Source: an uncultured Spirochaetota bacterium
Lineage (GTDB): Bacteria > Spirochaetota > Spirochaetia > SZUA-6 > Fen-1364
Direction: 5' to 3'
Length of the DNA: 64,000 nt
Assembly: GCA_963781885.1 (NCBI GenBank)
Contig: CAWAHW010000005.1
Coordinates: 1 to 64,000 of the forward strand
Part shown: piece by piece, positions 51,574-61,324 of the stretch
Position numbering within the stretch: the stretch's first letter is position 1
How the letters are laid out: every line of letters starts with the position of its first letter
Position numbers and translations under genes: made by a program
The notes under the pieces: generated by a model
The model's input: the letters and a program-made list of their open reading frames with translations, nothing else
Told to the model about the DNA's origin: nothing
Database searches by the model: none

Positions 51574-52701
51574 ATGGCAAAGCAGGGAGCACGGCCGGCA
51601 CCGGCAGCGCCGCGCGAAAGGCAGGCGCCCGCGGAAGAAAAGGCCTCGGCGGGCGGCGCGGCGGGCGCGAAGCGCGAGGCGAAAGGCGGCGCAGGCCACA
51701 AGAAGTCGCTCACGGGCCGGCAGAAGGCGGCCGTCTTCCTCGTCACGCTCGGCTCGGAGATCGCCTCGGAGATCTTCAAGCACCTGCGGGAAGACGAGAT
51801 CGAGCAGCTCACGTTCGAAATCGCGCGGCTGGAGAGCATCGAGCCGCAGGAGCGCGACCAGGTGCTCATGGAGTTCCACGAGCTGATGATGGCCCAGGAG
51901 TTCATCTCCACGGGCGGCATCGACTACGCGCGCGAGCTGTTGGAGAAATCCCTGGGCACCCAGAAGGCCGTGGACATCATCAACCGTCTCACGAGCAGCC
52001 TCCAGGTGCGTCCCTTCGATTTCATCCGGCGCACCGATCCGGCCCACCTCCTGAACTTCATCCAGCAGGAGCACCCGCAGACCATCGCCCTGATCCTCGC
52101 GTATCTCGAGCCGCAGAAGGCGTCGGTCATCCTCGGCAGCCTTCCGCACGAGATACAGTCGGACGTCGCGAAGCGTATCGCCACCATGGACCGCACCTCC
52201 CCCGAGGTGCTCCGCGAGGTGGAGCGGGTGCTTGAAAAGAAGCTTTCCACCCTGTCCTCGGAGGACTACACCGCGGCAGGCGGCGTGGAGAGCATCGTGG
52301 AGATCCTCAACATGGTCGACCGCTCGACGGAGAAGACCATCGTCGAATCGCTGGAAGAGGACGACCCCGAGCTGGCGGAGGAGATCAAGAAGCGCATGTT
52401 CGTGTTCGAGGACATCGTGCTCCTGGACGACCGGGCCATCCAGAAGGTCCTCCGCGAGGTGGACACGGCGGAGCTCGCCAAGGCCCTCAAGAGCGTGGAC
52501 TCCGAGGTGCAGGACAAGATCTACCGCAACATGTCCAAGCGCGCCTCCACCCTTCTCAAGGAAGACATGGACTACATGGGTCCCATCAGGTTGAAGGACG
52601 TGGAGGAGGCCCAGCAGCGCATCGTCGCCATCATCCGCAAGCTCGAGGAACAGGGAGAGATCGTGGTGGCTCGCGCCGGCGAGGAAGAATTGGTCGTATG
52701 A
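51574..52701 (+). CDS. fliG: Flagellar motor switch protein FliG
   Basis: QKAAVFL, GGIDYA, EHPQTIA, MFVFED, NMSKRA. Confidence 0.97.
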   Translation: MAKQGARPAPAAPRERQAPAEEKASAGGAAGAKREAKGGAGHKKSLTGRQKAAVFLVTLGSEIASEIFKHLREDEIEQLTFEIARLESIEPQERDQVLMEFHELMMAQEFISTGGIDYARELLEKSLGTQKAVDIINRLTSSLQVRPFDFIRRTDPAHLLNFIQQEHPQTIALILAYLEPQKASVILGSLPHEIQSDVAKRIATMDRTSPEVLREVERVLEKKLSTLSSEDYTAAGGVESIVEILNMVDRSTEKTIVESLEEDDPELAEEIKKRMFVFEDIVLLDDRAIQKVLREVDTAELAKALKSVDSEVQDKIYRNMSKRASTLLKEDMDYMGPIRLKDVEEAQQRIVAIIRKLEEQGEIVVARAGEEELVV

Positions 52702-52708
52702 CGACGAA

Positions 52709-52791
52709 GAAATGCGCGGAATACCGCGCTGGGTGGAAATGCGCGGGATACCGCGCCGGGTGGAAATGCGCGGGATACCGCGCTGGGGTGG
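52709..52791. repeat. Tandem array, 3 x 27 bp (GAAATGCGCGG-RATA-CCGCGC..GGGTG)
   Basis: Units start at 52709, 52736 and 52763, between fliG and fliH. Confidence 0.92.
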
Positions 52792-52799
52792 TGTAAAGA

Positions 52800-53717
52800 A
52801 TGGCAAAGAACGTCTTCAGACCGCAGGACATCATGTACAACTCGCGCAAGGTCTTCATCGAGCCGCCGAAGATCGTGGCGGAAGAGCCGGTGGAGGAGGC
52901 GGAGGCGGTCGAGGAAACCGGCGAATACACCGGCCCCACGGTGGACGATTTGCGGAAGGAAGCGGAGCAGTTCCGCCGGCAGTGGGAAGAGGAGAAGAAG
53001 GAGCTGCTTGCGAAGGCGCAGGCCGACGCGGAAAAGATCCGCAAGGACGCGGAGAAGGTCGCCTTCGACGAGGTGAAGCGGAAAAACAACCAGGCGCAGA
53101 AGATCCGCCAGGACGCGGAGGACCAGGGGCAGGCGATCCTCGCCGAGGCACGGCAGAAGGCCGCGGACCTCGAGACGGACATCAAGCAGCGCGTCACGAC
53201 GACGGAGCGGGAGGCCTACGAGCGCGGCTACGCGGAAGGACACGGCAAGGGTTACGACGAGGGCAAGGCCGAGGTCCAGCGTCTCGTGGAGAGCCTCCAT
53301 TCCATCATCACGCGGGCCATCGAGAAGCGCAACGAGATCATCCAGGAAGCGGAGACACAGATCATCAATCTCGTCCTCCTCATCGTGAAGAAGGTGATAA
53401 AGGTCATCTCGGAGAACCAGAAGAACGTGGTCATCAACAACGTCGTGCAGGCGCTGCGCAAGCTGAAGAGCCGCGGCGACGTGGTGATCCGCGTGAATCT
53501 TTCCGACCTGGAGCTCACCTCGGAGCACGTGAAGGATTTCATGAAGATGGTGGAGAACGTGAAATCCATCACCGTGCTGGAGGATTCCTCGGTGGACAGG
53601 GGTGGATGCATCATCGAGACCGATTTCGGCCAGATCGACGCGCGCATCTCCTCCCAGCTCCACGAGATCGAGGAGCGCATCCTCGAGCTCATGCCCATCC
53701 GGGCCAAGGGCGAGTAG
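52800..53717 (+). CDS. fliH: Flagellar assembly protein FliH
   Basis: AxxxGxxxGxxxG repeats, GGCIIETDFGQIDARI. Confidence 0.94.
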   Translation: MAKNVFRPQDIMYNSRKVFIEPPKIVAEEPVEEAEAVEETGEYTGPTVDDLRKEAEQFRRQWEEEKKELLAKAQADAEKIRKDAEKVAFDEVKRKNNQAQKIRQDAEDQGQAILAEARQKAADLETDIKQRVTTTEREAYERGYAEGHGKGYDEGKAEVQRLVESLHSIITRAIEKRNEIIQEAETQIINLVLLIVKKVIKVISENQKNVVINNVVQALRKLKSRGDVVIRVNLSDLELTSEHVKDFMKMVENVKSITVLEDSSVDRGGCIIETDFGQIDARISSQLHEIEERILELMPIRAKGE

Positions 53718-53726
53718 GAGGGCGGC

Positions 53727-55088
53727 ATGGGCGTTTTCGACAAGTACACCGCGGTGCTGGAGGACCTGGACCCCATCAAGTTCACGGGCGTCGTGGAGAA
53801 GGTCCAGGGACTGCTCATCGAGGCGATCGGACCCTCCGCGCAAGTCGGTGAGCTCTGCCAGATCCTCGTGCCGAAGGGGCGCGGCGTCGTATGGGCGGAA
53901 GTGGTGGGCCTGCGGGGCAGGACCGTGCAGCTCATGCCCTACGATGAAATGGAAGGAATCGAGATCGGCAACATCGTCATCGGCATGGGGGAAACGCCGC
54001 GCGTGGCGGTGTCCCCGAAGCTGCTCGGCCGGACGCTCGACTCGATGGGAAAGCCCATCGACGGGAAGGGCGACATCGGGTCGGAGGAGTGGTACCCGGC
54101 CTTCAATACGCCGCCGGACGTGCTGAAGCGCACGCGTATCCGCGACATCCTCACCACGGGCGTGCGCTCCATCGACTCCCTCCTCACCGTGGGAAAAGGG
54201 CAGCGCATGGGAATATTCGCCGGCAGCGGAATCGGCAAGTCGACGCTGCTGGGCATGATCGCGCGCAACACCACCGCGGACGTGAACGTGATCGCGCTGA
54301 TCGGCGAGCGCGGCCGCGAGGTGCGCGAGTTCATCGAGAATGACCTTGGGCCGGAGGGCCTCGCGCGCTCGGTCATCGTGGTCTCCTCCTCCAACAAGCC
54401 CCCCCTGGCGCGTATTCGCGGCGCCTACGTCGCCACGGCGGTCGCTGAGTACTTCCGCGACCAGGGGAAGGACGTGATGCTCCTCTTCGATTCGGTCACG
54501 CGTTTCGCCCGCGCCCAGCGCGAGATAGGCCTCGCCATTGGCGAGCCTCCCGCCAACAGGGGCTTTACGCCGTCGGTTTTCTCCCTCCTTCCGAAGCTGC
54601 TGGAGCGCAGCGGCACCTCCGACAAGGGAAGCATCACCGGCTTCTACACCATCCTCGTGGAGGGCGACGACATCGACGACCCGGTCTCCGACAATGTCCG
54701 CGGCATCCTTGACGGTCATATCATCCTCACGCGCAAGCTCGCCGCCCGCAATCACTATCCGGCCGTGGACGTGCTGCAGAGCATCTCGCGGCTGGCCATC
54801 ACGGTGACGGGGCCGCGCACGCGCGAGGCGTGCGGCAAGATTCGCAGTCTCATGGCCGTCTACGCGGGGGCGGAAGACCTCATCAGCGTGGGCGCCTACG
54901 TGAAGGGGAGCAACGCCGAGATCGACGAGGCCATCGACAAGTACCAGGACATCGAGAGATACCTCATCCAGCGCATCGAAGAGAAGGCGCCCCTTTCGGA
55001 GACGCTGCGGATGGCGGGGAAGATCGCGGGAATAGAGATCCCGGAAATGGAGCTCGCGGAACATGCGGCGGTTCCAGTTCAGGCTTGA
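53727..55088 (+). CDS. fliI: Flagellar export ATPase FliI
   Basis: GQRMGIFAGSGIGKS, GERGREV, DSVTRFA, DGHI, YPAVD. Confidence 0.96.
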   Translation: MGVFDKYTAVLEDLDPIKFTGVVEKVQGLLIEAIGPSAQVGELCQILVPKGRGVVWAEVVGLRGRTVQLMPYDEMEGIEIGNIVIGMGETPRVAVSPKLLGRTLDSMGKPIDGKGDIGSEEWYPAFNTPPDVLKRTRIRDILTTGVRSIDSLLTVGKGQRMGIFAGSGIGKSTLLGMIARNTTADVNVIALIGERGREVREFIENDLGPEGLARSVIVVSSSNKPPLARIRGAYVATAVAEYFRDQGKDVMLLFDSVTRFARAQREIGLAIGEPPANRGFTPSVFSLLPKLLERSGTSDKGSITGFYTILVEGDDIDDPVSDNVRGILDGHIILTRKLAARNHYPAVDVLQSISRLAITVTGPRTREACGKIRSLMAVYAGAEDLISVGAYVKGSNAEIDEAIDKYQDIERYLIQRIEEKAPLSETLRMAGKIAGIEIPEMELAEHAAVPVQA

Positions 55089-55530
55089 GCGCTTTCTCGA
55101 GCTGCGCCGCTGGAAGGAGCGCCAGTGGGAGATCGCCCTGGCGAAAATCCTCGGCGAATGCCTGCGCCTGGAGCGCCGGATCGAGCAGATCGGGGAGGAG
55201 ATCGGCGCCAGCCGGCTCGTGGCGTACACGGAAGGCGTGCGCATCGACGTGGAGGCCATGGCGCGTCGGGATCATTACGTGCTGCGGCTCGCCAAAGAGC
55301 GCGAGCGCACGCGGGAGATTCTCACGGTGAAGCGCATGGAGATGGAGAAGGTGCGGGCGAGCTACCTCGAGGCCTCCAAGGAGCGCAAGGTGCTCGACAA
55401 GCTGAAGGAGCGCAGGTCCGACGAATACTACGAGCACCAGCTCGATGAGGAGTTCAAGAGCATCGACGATATGAGCACGTCCGCGGCGGTGAACGCGCGG
55501 CGCGCCGAGGTGGTTGAGACGATACGTTGA
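55063..55530 (+). CDS. fliJ: Flagellar export protein FliJ
   Basis: MRRFQFRLERFLELR...ERKVLDKLKE...IDD; follows fliI. Confidence 0.88.
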   Translation: MRRFQFRLERFLELRRWKERQWEIALAKILGECLRLERRIEQIGEEIGASRLVAYTEGVRIDVEAMARRDHYVLRLAKERERTREILTVKRMEMEKVRASYLEASKERKVLDKLKERRSDEYYEHQLDEEFKSIDDMSTSAAVNARRAEVVETIR

Positions 55531-55554
55531 CGCGCGGCGCGCCGCAGGCGCAAT

Positions 55555-55642
55555 GAATCCGCGGGGTACCGCGGCGCGAATCCGCGGGGTACCGCGGCGC
55601 GAATCCGCGGGGTACCGCGGCGCGAATCCGCGGGGTACCGCG
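55555..55642. repeat. Tandem array, 4 x 23 bp (GAATCCGCGG-GGTA-CCGCGGCGC)
   Basis: Units start at 55555, 55578, 55601 and 55624, between fliJ and flbB. Confidence 0.95.
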
Positions 55643-55670
55643 ATGCGACCACACGAACGGGGAGGGGGAT

Positions 55671-56294
55671 GTGGCAGAGTTGTCCGAAGTTCGACCGGGT
55701 GTGAGAATATTCATTCTTTTTCTTCTCATCATCGTGCTCTCGCTCGGTGGGATCATCTGGTTCGACTATCTCGGCATCGTGGACGCCCGGTCCATGATTT
55801 CTCCCGTCTACCAGCTCCTGGGTCTGGGAAAGCGCAGCGCGGTCGCCAGCGCCGATGACCCGAACCTGCTGGACAAGGAAAGGCTCGCCAAGCAGCAGGA
55901 CTCGCTCGTCCTCCTCCAACAGGACCTCGATACGCGCGCGGCCGCTCTCGACCAGAAGGAGAAGCAGCTCAACCAGCTCGGGCAGGATTTGAACGACCGG
56001 CAGGCCGCGCTCGATGCCCAGCAAAAAGCGCTAAGTGACGCGCAGAAATCGCTCGATGATAGGAGAGTGAACCTGGAGCAGAACGCCGTGTACCTCACGA
56101 CGATGGCTCCGGCGAACGCGATCGCGATCCTTCTGAAGCAGGACGATCAGTACGTGATCGACACCTTCCGGATCGTCGACGCCCAGGCTTTGAAGGCAGG
56201 CACGGATTCCGTCGTGCCGATATGGCTTTCGTTGATGCCTCCCGACAGGGCTGCAACGCTGCAGCGAAAGATGGCGGGGCAAACAGGAGGGTAG
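55671..56294 (+). CDS. flbB: Periplasmic flagellar collar protein FlbB
   Basis: N-terminal TM with WFDYLG, coiled coil, C-terminal WLSLMPPDRAATLQRKM; position between fliJ and fliK as in spirochaetes. Confidence 0.8.
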   Translation: MAELSEVRPGVRIFILFLLIIVLSLGGIIWFDYLGIVDARSMISPVYQLLGLGKRSAVASADDPNLLDKERLAKQQDSLVLLQQDLDTRAAALDQKEKQLNQLGQDLNDRQAALDAQQKALSDAQKSLDDRRVNLEQNAVYLTTMAPANAIAILLKQDDQYVIDTFRIVDAQALKAGTDSVVPIWLSLMPPDRAATLQRKMAGQTGG

Positions 56295-56295
56295 G

Positions 56296-57432
56296 GTGAA
56301 GGCAATGGCGCCCCAGGCGCCCGTTTCTCCGGGAAAGAAGAAGCGGCAAAACACCGGGTGCGAAGGGTCTGCCCTCCGCGCTCGCCTTTTCGCCGAATAA
56401 GGGGAAAACGAGCTTCTCCACCCTCATGGGCGTCCGTCTTGCCGCATTGGGGGCGCAGAAAGGGCTCGCTGCCTCCCGGGAAAACGCCCACCTCCTCCTT
56501 GTGAAGACAGTAACACTCGCCGTCGCCCATTCTGACGGCAAAAAGATGCCCCTTCCGAGCCTGCCCGCGCAACAGGCGAACCGGCAGGCCCCGGCGGGCC
56601 TTCCGGCCGTCAACGACAAGACCGATGCACGCAAGAAAACGAACGTGTCGCACGCCGCGGCGACTCTGCCGACCGGGCTCACATCCGTCGGTTCTGCGCC
56701 CCTGCAAGGCGGCGTGAAGATCGCGGATGCGAAAAAGCCCGAGCCTGCCGCCCCCGCGACGGCTCCTGCGGCCGATGCAAAGACCGTCGCGGCGCATCAC
56801 GCCGAGCAGGTCGTGCGTGTCGTGGACCAGCGCAGCAAGCCGAAGACGGAAGAGGCGCGCACGACGCAGCCCGGCGGGCCTTCCGCGCCCGCGCCGGAGC
56901 TTCCGACCGGGACATGAGCGTATCGTTCACGCAGAGACCCGCGTCGGTGAGCGACATGCCCGCCGACGCGCCACAGAAGCCGGCCCCCGCGGCCCCCAGC
57001 ACGCAGACGACGCTGGAGAGGCTCCGGGACATGCCGGGCTCCGATCTTCTGCGCGCGGCGAATCTCGTGCTGAAGGACGGCGGCGGAGAGATCAAGCTGG
57101 TGTTGAAACCGGACTCGCTGGGAAGCGTGAGGGTCCGCATGAATCTCGTCGATAATGTCATTGATGGCAAGATCATCGTGGACAGCTCCAGCGTGAAACA
57201 GGTCGTGGATGGCAGCATCGACGCGCTGCGCCGGGCGCTCACGGCAGAGGGATTCCAGACCGGCTCCCTCCAGGTTTCCGTCGGGGGGCAGAACACGGAC
57301 GCCGACGCCCGTCGGGAACAGGAGCAGCAGCCGCAGGCCGTCCGGCGGATCACGGCACAGGGCTTTGACCCGAACATCCCGGGGATCGAAAACCTCAGTC
57401 TCGGGGATCTTCTGGTGAACGTGTTTGTATAG
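56296..57432 (+). CDS. fliK: Flagellar hook-length control protein FliK, two probable frameshifts (about 56300-56345 and about 56908)
   Basis: Low-complexity Ala/Pro N-region; C-terminal GEIKLVLKPDSLGSVRV...GKIIV (Flg_hook domain) in 56914..57432; GTG 56296 after GGAGG. Confidence 0.75.
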
Positions 57433-57531
57433 GGCGCCGCGGTAGGCCGCGGATTCGGGCGCCGCGGTAGGCCGCGGATTCGGGCGCCGCGGTAGGCCGC
57501 GGATTCGGGCGCCGCGGTAGGCCGCGGATTC
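57432..57531. repeat. Tandem array, 4 x 25 bp perfect (GGGCGCCGCGG-TAGG-CCGCGGATTC)
   Basis: Units start at 57432, 57457, 57482 and 57507, between fliK and flgD. Confidence 0.97.
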
Positions 57532-57571
57532 CAGGATGCGCGCCAGGTTTGGCGCGCCGGGGAGGAAGGCT

Positions 57572-58024
57572 ATGGACATTTCGCTTTCGTTGTCGCCGCA
57601 GGAGCAGGCAAAGGTTGCCGGGGAGGTGAACTCCTTCAACAAGACGCTCAATGACGGCAAGGGTTCGAAGGCGAGCACCGTGCTGGACAAGAACGACTTC
57701 CTGAAGATCCTCATCACCCAGCTCAGCCACCAGGACCCCACCCAGCCCATGGACGACAAGGAGTTCGTGGCGCAAATGGCGCAGTTCTCCAGTCTCGAGC
57801 AGATGACGAACATGTCGGAAGGCCTTACGAAAGTCGCGGACCTGCTGGCCCGCACACAGGCCATCAGCATGCTGGGAAGCTCCGTGGACATCGACACCGG
57901 CAACGACACCGTGTCGGGCGTCGTGGATGCGGTCACGGGCGGGCAGTTTCCCCAGTTGCTGGTAAACGGGCAATACTACGACGCGGCGCAGGTCCTCAAG
58001 GTCAAGACGGGCGTGAAGGAGTAA
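57572..58024 (+). CDS. flgD: Flagellar hook capping protein FlgD
   Basis: LDKNDFLKILITQL.HQDPT.PMDDKEFVAQMAQFSSLEQ. Confidence 0.95.
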   Translation: MDISLSLSPQEQAKVAGEVNSFNKTLNDGKGSKASTVLDKNDFLKILITQLSHQDPTQPMDDKEFVAQMAQFSSLEQMTNMSEGLTKVADLLARTQAISMLGSSVDIDTGNDTVSGVVDAVTGGQFPQLLVNGQYYDAAQVLKVKTGVKE

Positions 58025-58030
58025 CGGGAT

Positions 58031-59419
58031 ATGATGCGATCGCTCTGGGCCGGCGTCTCCGGCCTCCAAAACCACCAGACGCGCATGGACGTGCTTGGAA
58101 ACAACATCGCCAATGTGAACACCAACGGCTTCAAGAAGGGTCGGGTGACCTTCCAGGACATGCTGTCCCAGACGCTCGCCGGCGCGGCGCGCCCCACCGA
58201 TGAAGTCGGCGGCGTGAACCCGCAGCAGGTCGGCCTGGGAATGCAGGTGGCGTCCATCGACACCATCCATACCCAGGGCGCCCTGCAGTCCACGGGCGTC
58301 ATGACGGACGTTGCCCTCCAGGGCAATGGATTCTTCATCCTGAACGATGGCGACAAGCGCTACTACACGCGCAACGGCGCCTTCGGGCTCGATCAGGACG
58401 GGCGCCTGGTGAATCCCGCGGACGGCATGAAGGTGCAGGGCTGGATGGCGCAGACCGTCGGCGGCCAGACCTTCGTCAACAACGCGGCCGACATCCAGGA
58501 CCTCGTCATCCCCGTGGGGAGCAAGGATCCTGCCCAGGCCACCACCGCCGTCTGGTTCGCCTCGAACCTCGACAAGCGCACGCCTGAAATCCCCGCGGGA
58601 GCCACCGCGCAGACCATCGCGGCGGGCACCTGGCAGACCACATTCGACCTCTACGATTCCTTCGGTCGGGTCCACAAGCTGCAGGTGAACTTCACGAAGG
58701 TGCCCGGCATCGCCAACAGGTGGCAGGCGGAAGTGAGCGTCGACCCCGCCGCGCAGACGAACACCAACACGCGCGTGCAGATCGGAAACGGCGCGCAGAA
58801 CGGCAACACCTTCCAGATCGACTTCGACAATCTCGGCGCTCTGGCCGACGTGCGGGATGCGCAGGGCAACGTGATCAACAACGGCGCGCTCCAGGCGGCG
58901 GTTGCCTATGATGTTCCTGATGCCACCCTGCCCCCCGGCGCGGCCGCCGTGCGGCAGACCTTCAATCTGAACCTGGGCAGCGTCGGGGCTTACCGCGACG
59001 CCATCACACAGTTCGGCGACCAGAGCTCGACCAAGGCCATCCGGCAGGACGGCTACGGCATGGGCTACCTGGAGACGTTCAAGATCGACCAGTCGGGCAC
59101 GATCACGGGTGTCTATACCAACGGCTCCAACAGGACCATCGGTCAGATCGCCCTGGGCTCCTTCACGAACCCCGGCGGTCTGGAGAAGGCGGGTGAGAAC
59201 ACCTACACGGTGTCCAACAACTCCGGTACGGCGAACATCGGCGCCTCGGGCACGGCGGGAAAGGGAAAGGTGATCGCGGGAACCCTGGAGATGTCCAACG
59301 TGGACCTCGCCGAGCAGTTCACCGACATGATCGTCACGGAGCGCGGCTTCCAGGCGAACTCGCGCACCATCACGACATCCGACCAGATGCTCCAGGAGCT
59401 TCTGCAGCTGAAGAGGTAG
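58031..59419 (+). CDS. flgE: Flagellar hook protein FlgE
   Basis: [43 protein letters not shown]; K165/S178/N179/T334. Confidence 0.97.
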   Translation: MMRSLWAGVSGLQNHQTRMDVLGNNIANVNTNGFKKGRVTFQDMLSQTLAGAARPTDEVGGVNPQQVGLGMQVASIDTIHTQGALQSTGVMTDVALQGNGFFILNDGDKRYYTRNGAFGLDQDGRLVNPADGMKVQGWMAQTVGGQTFVNNAADIQDLVIPVGSKDPAQATTAVWFASNLDKRTPEIPAGATAQTIAAGTWQTTFDLYDSFGRVHKLQVNFTKVPGIANRWQAEVSVDPAAQTNTNTRVQIGNGAQNGNTFQIDFDNLGALADVRDAQGNVINNGALQAAVAYDVPDATLPPGAAAVRQTFNLNLGSVGAYRDAITQFGDQSSTKAIRQDGYGMGYLETFKIDQSGTITGVYTNGSNRTIGQIALGSFTNPGGLEKAGENTYTVSNNSGTANIGASGTAGKGKVIAGTLEMSNVDLAEQFTDMIVTERGFQANSRTITTSDQMLQELLQLKR

Positions 59420-59487
59420 GGGAAACAATAATGCGGGGGGGACGGCCGCCAAATGCCGTAAGCTCACGGCCGCCATAAGGAGACTCG

Positions 59488-59685
59488 ATGGTTGAGGTGA
59501 CGCGGCTGGACGGGAAGACGTACTACGTCAACCCGCACCAGATCGAGTACATCGAGAGCAATCCCGATACGACACTCATCATGCAGTCCGGTAAAAGGCT
59601 GGTAGTCCGCGAGGACTACCAGACTGTTTTTTCACGCATCGTGGAATATCGCAGGCTCATCGGCGCGTTCAAGAACGAGGAATGA
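59488..59685 (+). CDS. flbD: Flagellar protein FlbD (SwrD family)
   Basis: VTRLDG..YYVNPHQIEYIE.NPDT.L....GK..VVRE. Confidence 0.92.
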   Translation: MVEVTRLDGKTYYVNPHQIEYIESNPDTTLIMQSGKRLVVREDYQTVFSRIVEYRRLIGAFKNEE

Positions 59686-59741
59686 ATCGTGCTGTTGCGC
59701 TGAAATGTATTCCTGTGATATGATCTGGAGGGGGGGAGGGG

Positions 59742-60296
59742 ATGTCTGACGAACAGCAGGACTTGAATCTCGAGGACGTGGGAGCCGGGGCGGAAGACGC
59801 GGCGGGTCCCCGCAGGGGCGGGTTCCTCTCTGGAGCGCTGCTCAATATCCTCAAGTGGGCGGCCATCGGCATCGGCGCCGTCATCATCGTCGTCACCACC
59901 ACCGTGATCACCGTCCGCATCGTGAGCAAGGGCAACCAGCAGCAGGGGCTTGCGGCCATCTCCCCGGAGTACGCCACGAAGCAGGCGCCGCTCGCGTCGT
60001 TCGACGATATCGAGCAGATCCGCGGCCAGACCGCCGACGACCCGCCGGCCATCTTTCTCCTGCAAGTGAGCCTTGCCTATGACGCGAACGACAAGCTCAT
60101 CGGACCCGAGATCGGCGGCCGCAAGCGCCAGCTCCAGAGCCTCATCCTCACCGATATCTCCCAGAAAAGCGCGGCGGACCTCGTACCCGCCAACTACACG
60201 AAGCTCCAGGCCGAGCTCCTGGACATCATCAACAGCGTGATGAAGGACGGCAAGGTGCAGGGCGTGATGTTCCGGCAGTTCGTGGTGCAAAAATGA
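59742..60296 (+). CDS. fliL: Flagellar basal body-associated protein FliL
   Basis: Single TM helix, C-terminal IN..M.DGKV.GVMF..F; precedes fliM. Confidence 0.8.
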   Translation: MSDEQQDLNLEDVGAGAEDAAGPRRGGFLSGALLNILKWAAIGIGAVIIVVTTTVITVRIVSKGNQQQGLAAISPEYATKQAPLASFDDIEQIRGQTADDPPAIFLLQVSLAYDANDKLIGPEIGGRKRQLQSLILTDISQKSAADLVPANYTKLQAELLDIINSVMKDGKVQGVMFRQFVVQK

Positions 60297-61324
60297 CGGA
60301 AGTCCTCTCCCAGGATGAGATAGACCAGCTTCTCACTGCGATCTCATCGGGCGAGGTGGCCACGGAGGAAGTCAGTGCGCCCGCGGACCAGCGCAAGATC
60401 AAGATCTACGACTTCAAGAGGCCCGACAAGTTCTCCAAGGACCAGATCCGCACCGTTTCCATCATGCATGAGACGTTCGCGCGCCAGACAACGACGGCGC
60501 TGTCGTCCCAGCTGCGCAGCCTTGCGCACGTGCACGTCGCTTCGGTTGACCAGCTCACCTATGAGGAGTTCATCCGCTCCATCCCGAACCCGACCACCAT
60601 TGCGGTCATCAACATGGACCCGCTGAAAGGCTCGGCGATCCTGGAGATCGACCCGGCGGTCACTTTCTCCATCATCGACCGCCTGTTCGGCGGCCCGGGG
60701 GAAGGGGCGAAGTTCACCCGCGAGCTCACCGACATCGAGCAGTCCGTCATCGAAGGGATCATCGTCCGCATCCTCGGCAACCTGCGCGAAGCGTGGGCCA
60801 CCGTCATCGACCTGCGGCCGCGGCTGGGCCAGATCGAGACGAACCCCAACTTCGCCCAGATCGTTCCGCCGACGGAGATGGTCGTGCTCGTCACGCTGGA
60901 GACCAAGGTGGGCGAGGTGGAAGGGATGATGAACTTCTGCATCCCCTATCTCACCATCGAGCCGATCATCCCCAAGCTCTCCGCCCAGTACGTCTACTCC
61001 TCCATGCGGCGCGGCACGACGACGGAGAACCTGAGCCTCCTCCGCGATCGTCTGGCGGGCATCGAGATCGCGCTCGTCGCGGAGGTGGGGTCCATCGACA
61101 TCACCATGCGCGACGTCCTCACGCTCCGCACGGGCGACATCATCAGGCTCCAGAACGTCCGCGTGAGCGACCCCATGATGCTGAAGATCGGCGACCGCAA
61201 GAAGTTCGTCTGCCGGCCCGGGGTGGTCGGCAACAAGATCGCCGTGCAGGTGCTGAAGAAGCTGGAAGACATCGAGCAGGCAGAGTTCGAAGAGCTCATC
61301 GCGGATGAGGGAGAAGAAGCATGA
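60293..61324 (+). CDS. fliM: Flagellar motor switch protein FliM
   Basis: MTEVLSQDEIDQLL, YDFKRPDKFSKDQ, LFGG.G, RELTDIE. Confidence 0.97.
   Translation: MTEVLSQDEIDQLLTAISSGEVATEEVSAPADQRKIKIYDFKRPDKFSKDQIRTVSIMHETFARQTTTALSSQLRSLAHVHVASVDQLTYEEFIRSIPNPTTIAVINMDPLKGSAILEIDPAVTFSIIDRLFGGPGEGAKFTRELTDIEQSVIEGIIVRILGNLREAWATVIDLRPRLGQIETNPNFAQIVPPTEMVVLVTLETKVGEVEGMMNFCIPYLTIEPIIPKLSAQYVYSSMRRGTTTENLSLLRDRLAGIEIALVAEVGSIDITMRDVLTLRTGDIIRLQNVRVSDPMMLKIGDRKKFVCRPGVVGNKIAVQVLKKLEDIEQAEFEELIADEGEEA

Noticed and set aside
52712-52800. Peptide repeats (MRGIPRWVE; RGTAARIRG near 55560; RGLPRRPN near 57480) in ORF-track translations
   Set aside because: Translations of the intergenic DNA arrays, not real proteins.
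49411-55259. Very long antisense ORFs (1131 aa and 895 aa; also 43295..45535, 37998..39881, 57395..59476)
   Set aside because: Shadow frames of high-GC genes with strong codon bias; no recognisable motifs or RBS.
56372-56400. Sigma28 promoter (GCCGAATA) before fliK
   Set aside because: No matching -35, and the site appears to lie inside the frameshift-corrected fliK coding region.
59442-59475. 10-bp direct repeat ACGGCCGCCA between flgE and flbD
   Set aside because: Too short and GC-rich to exceed chance; no supporting context.
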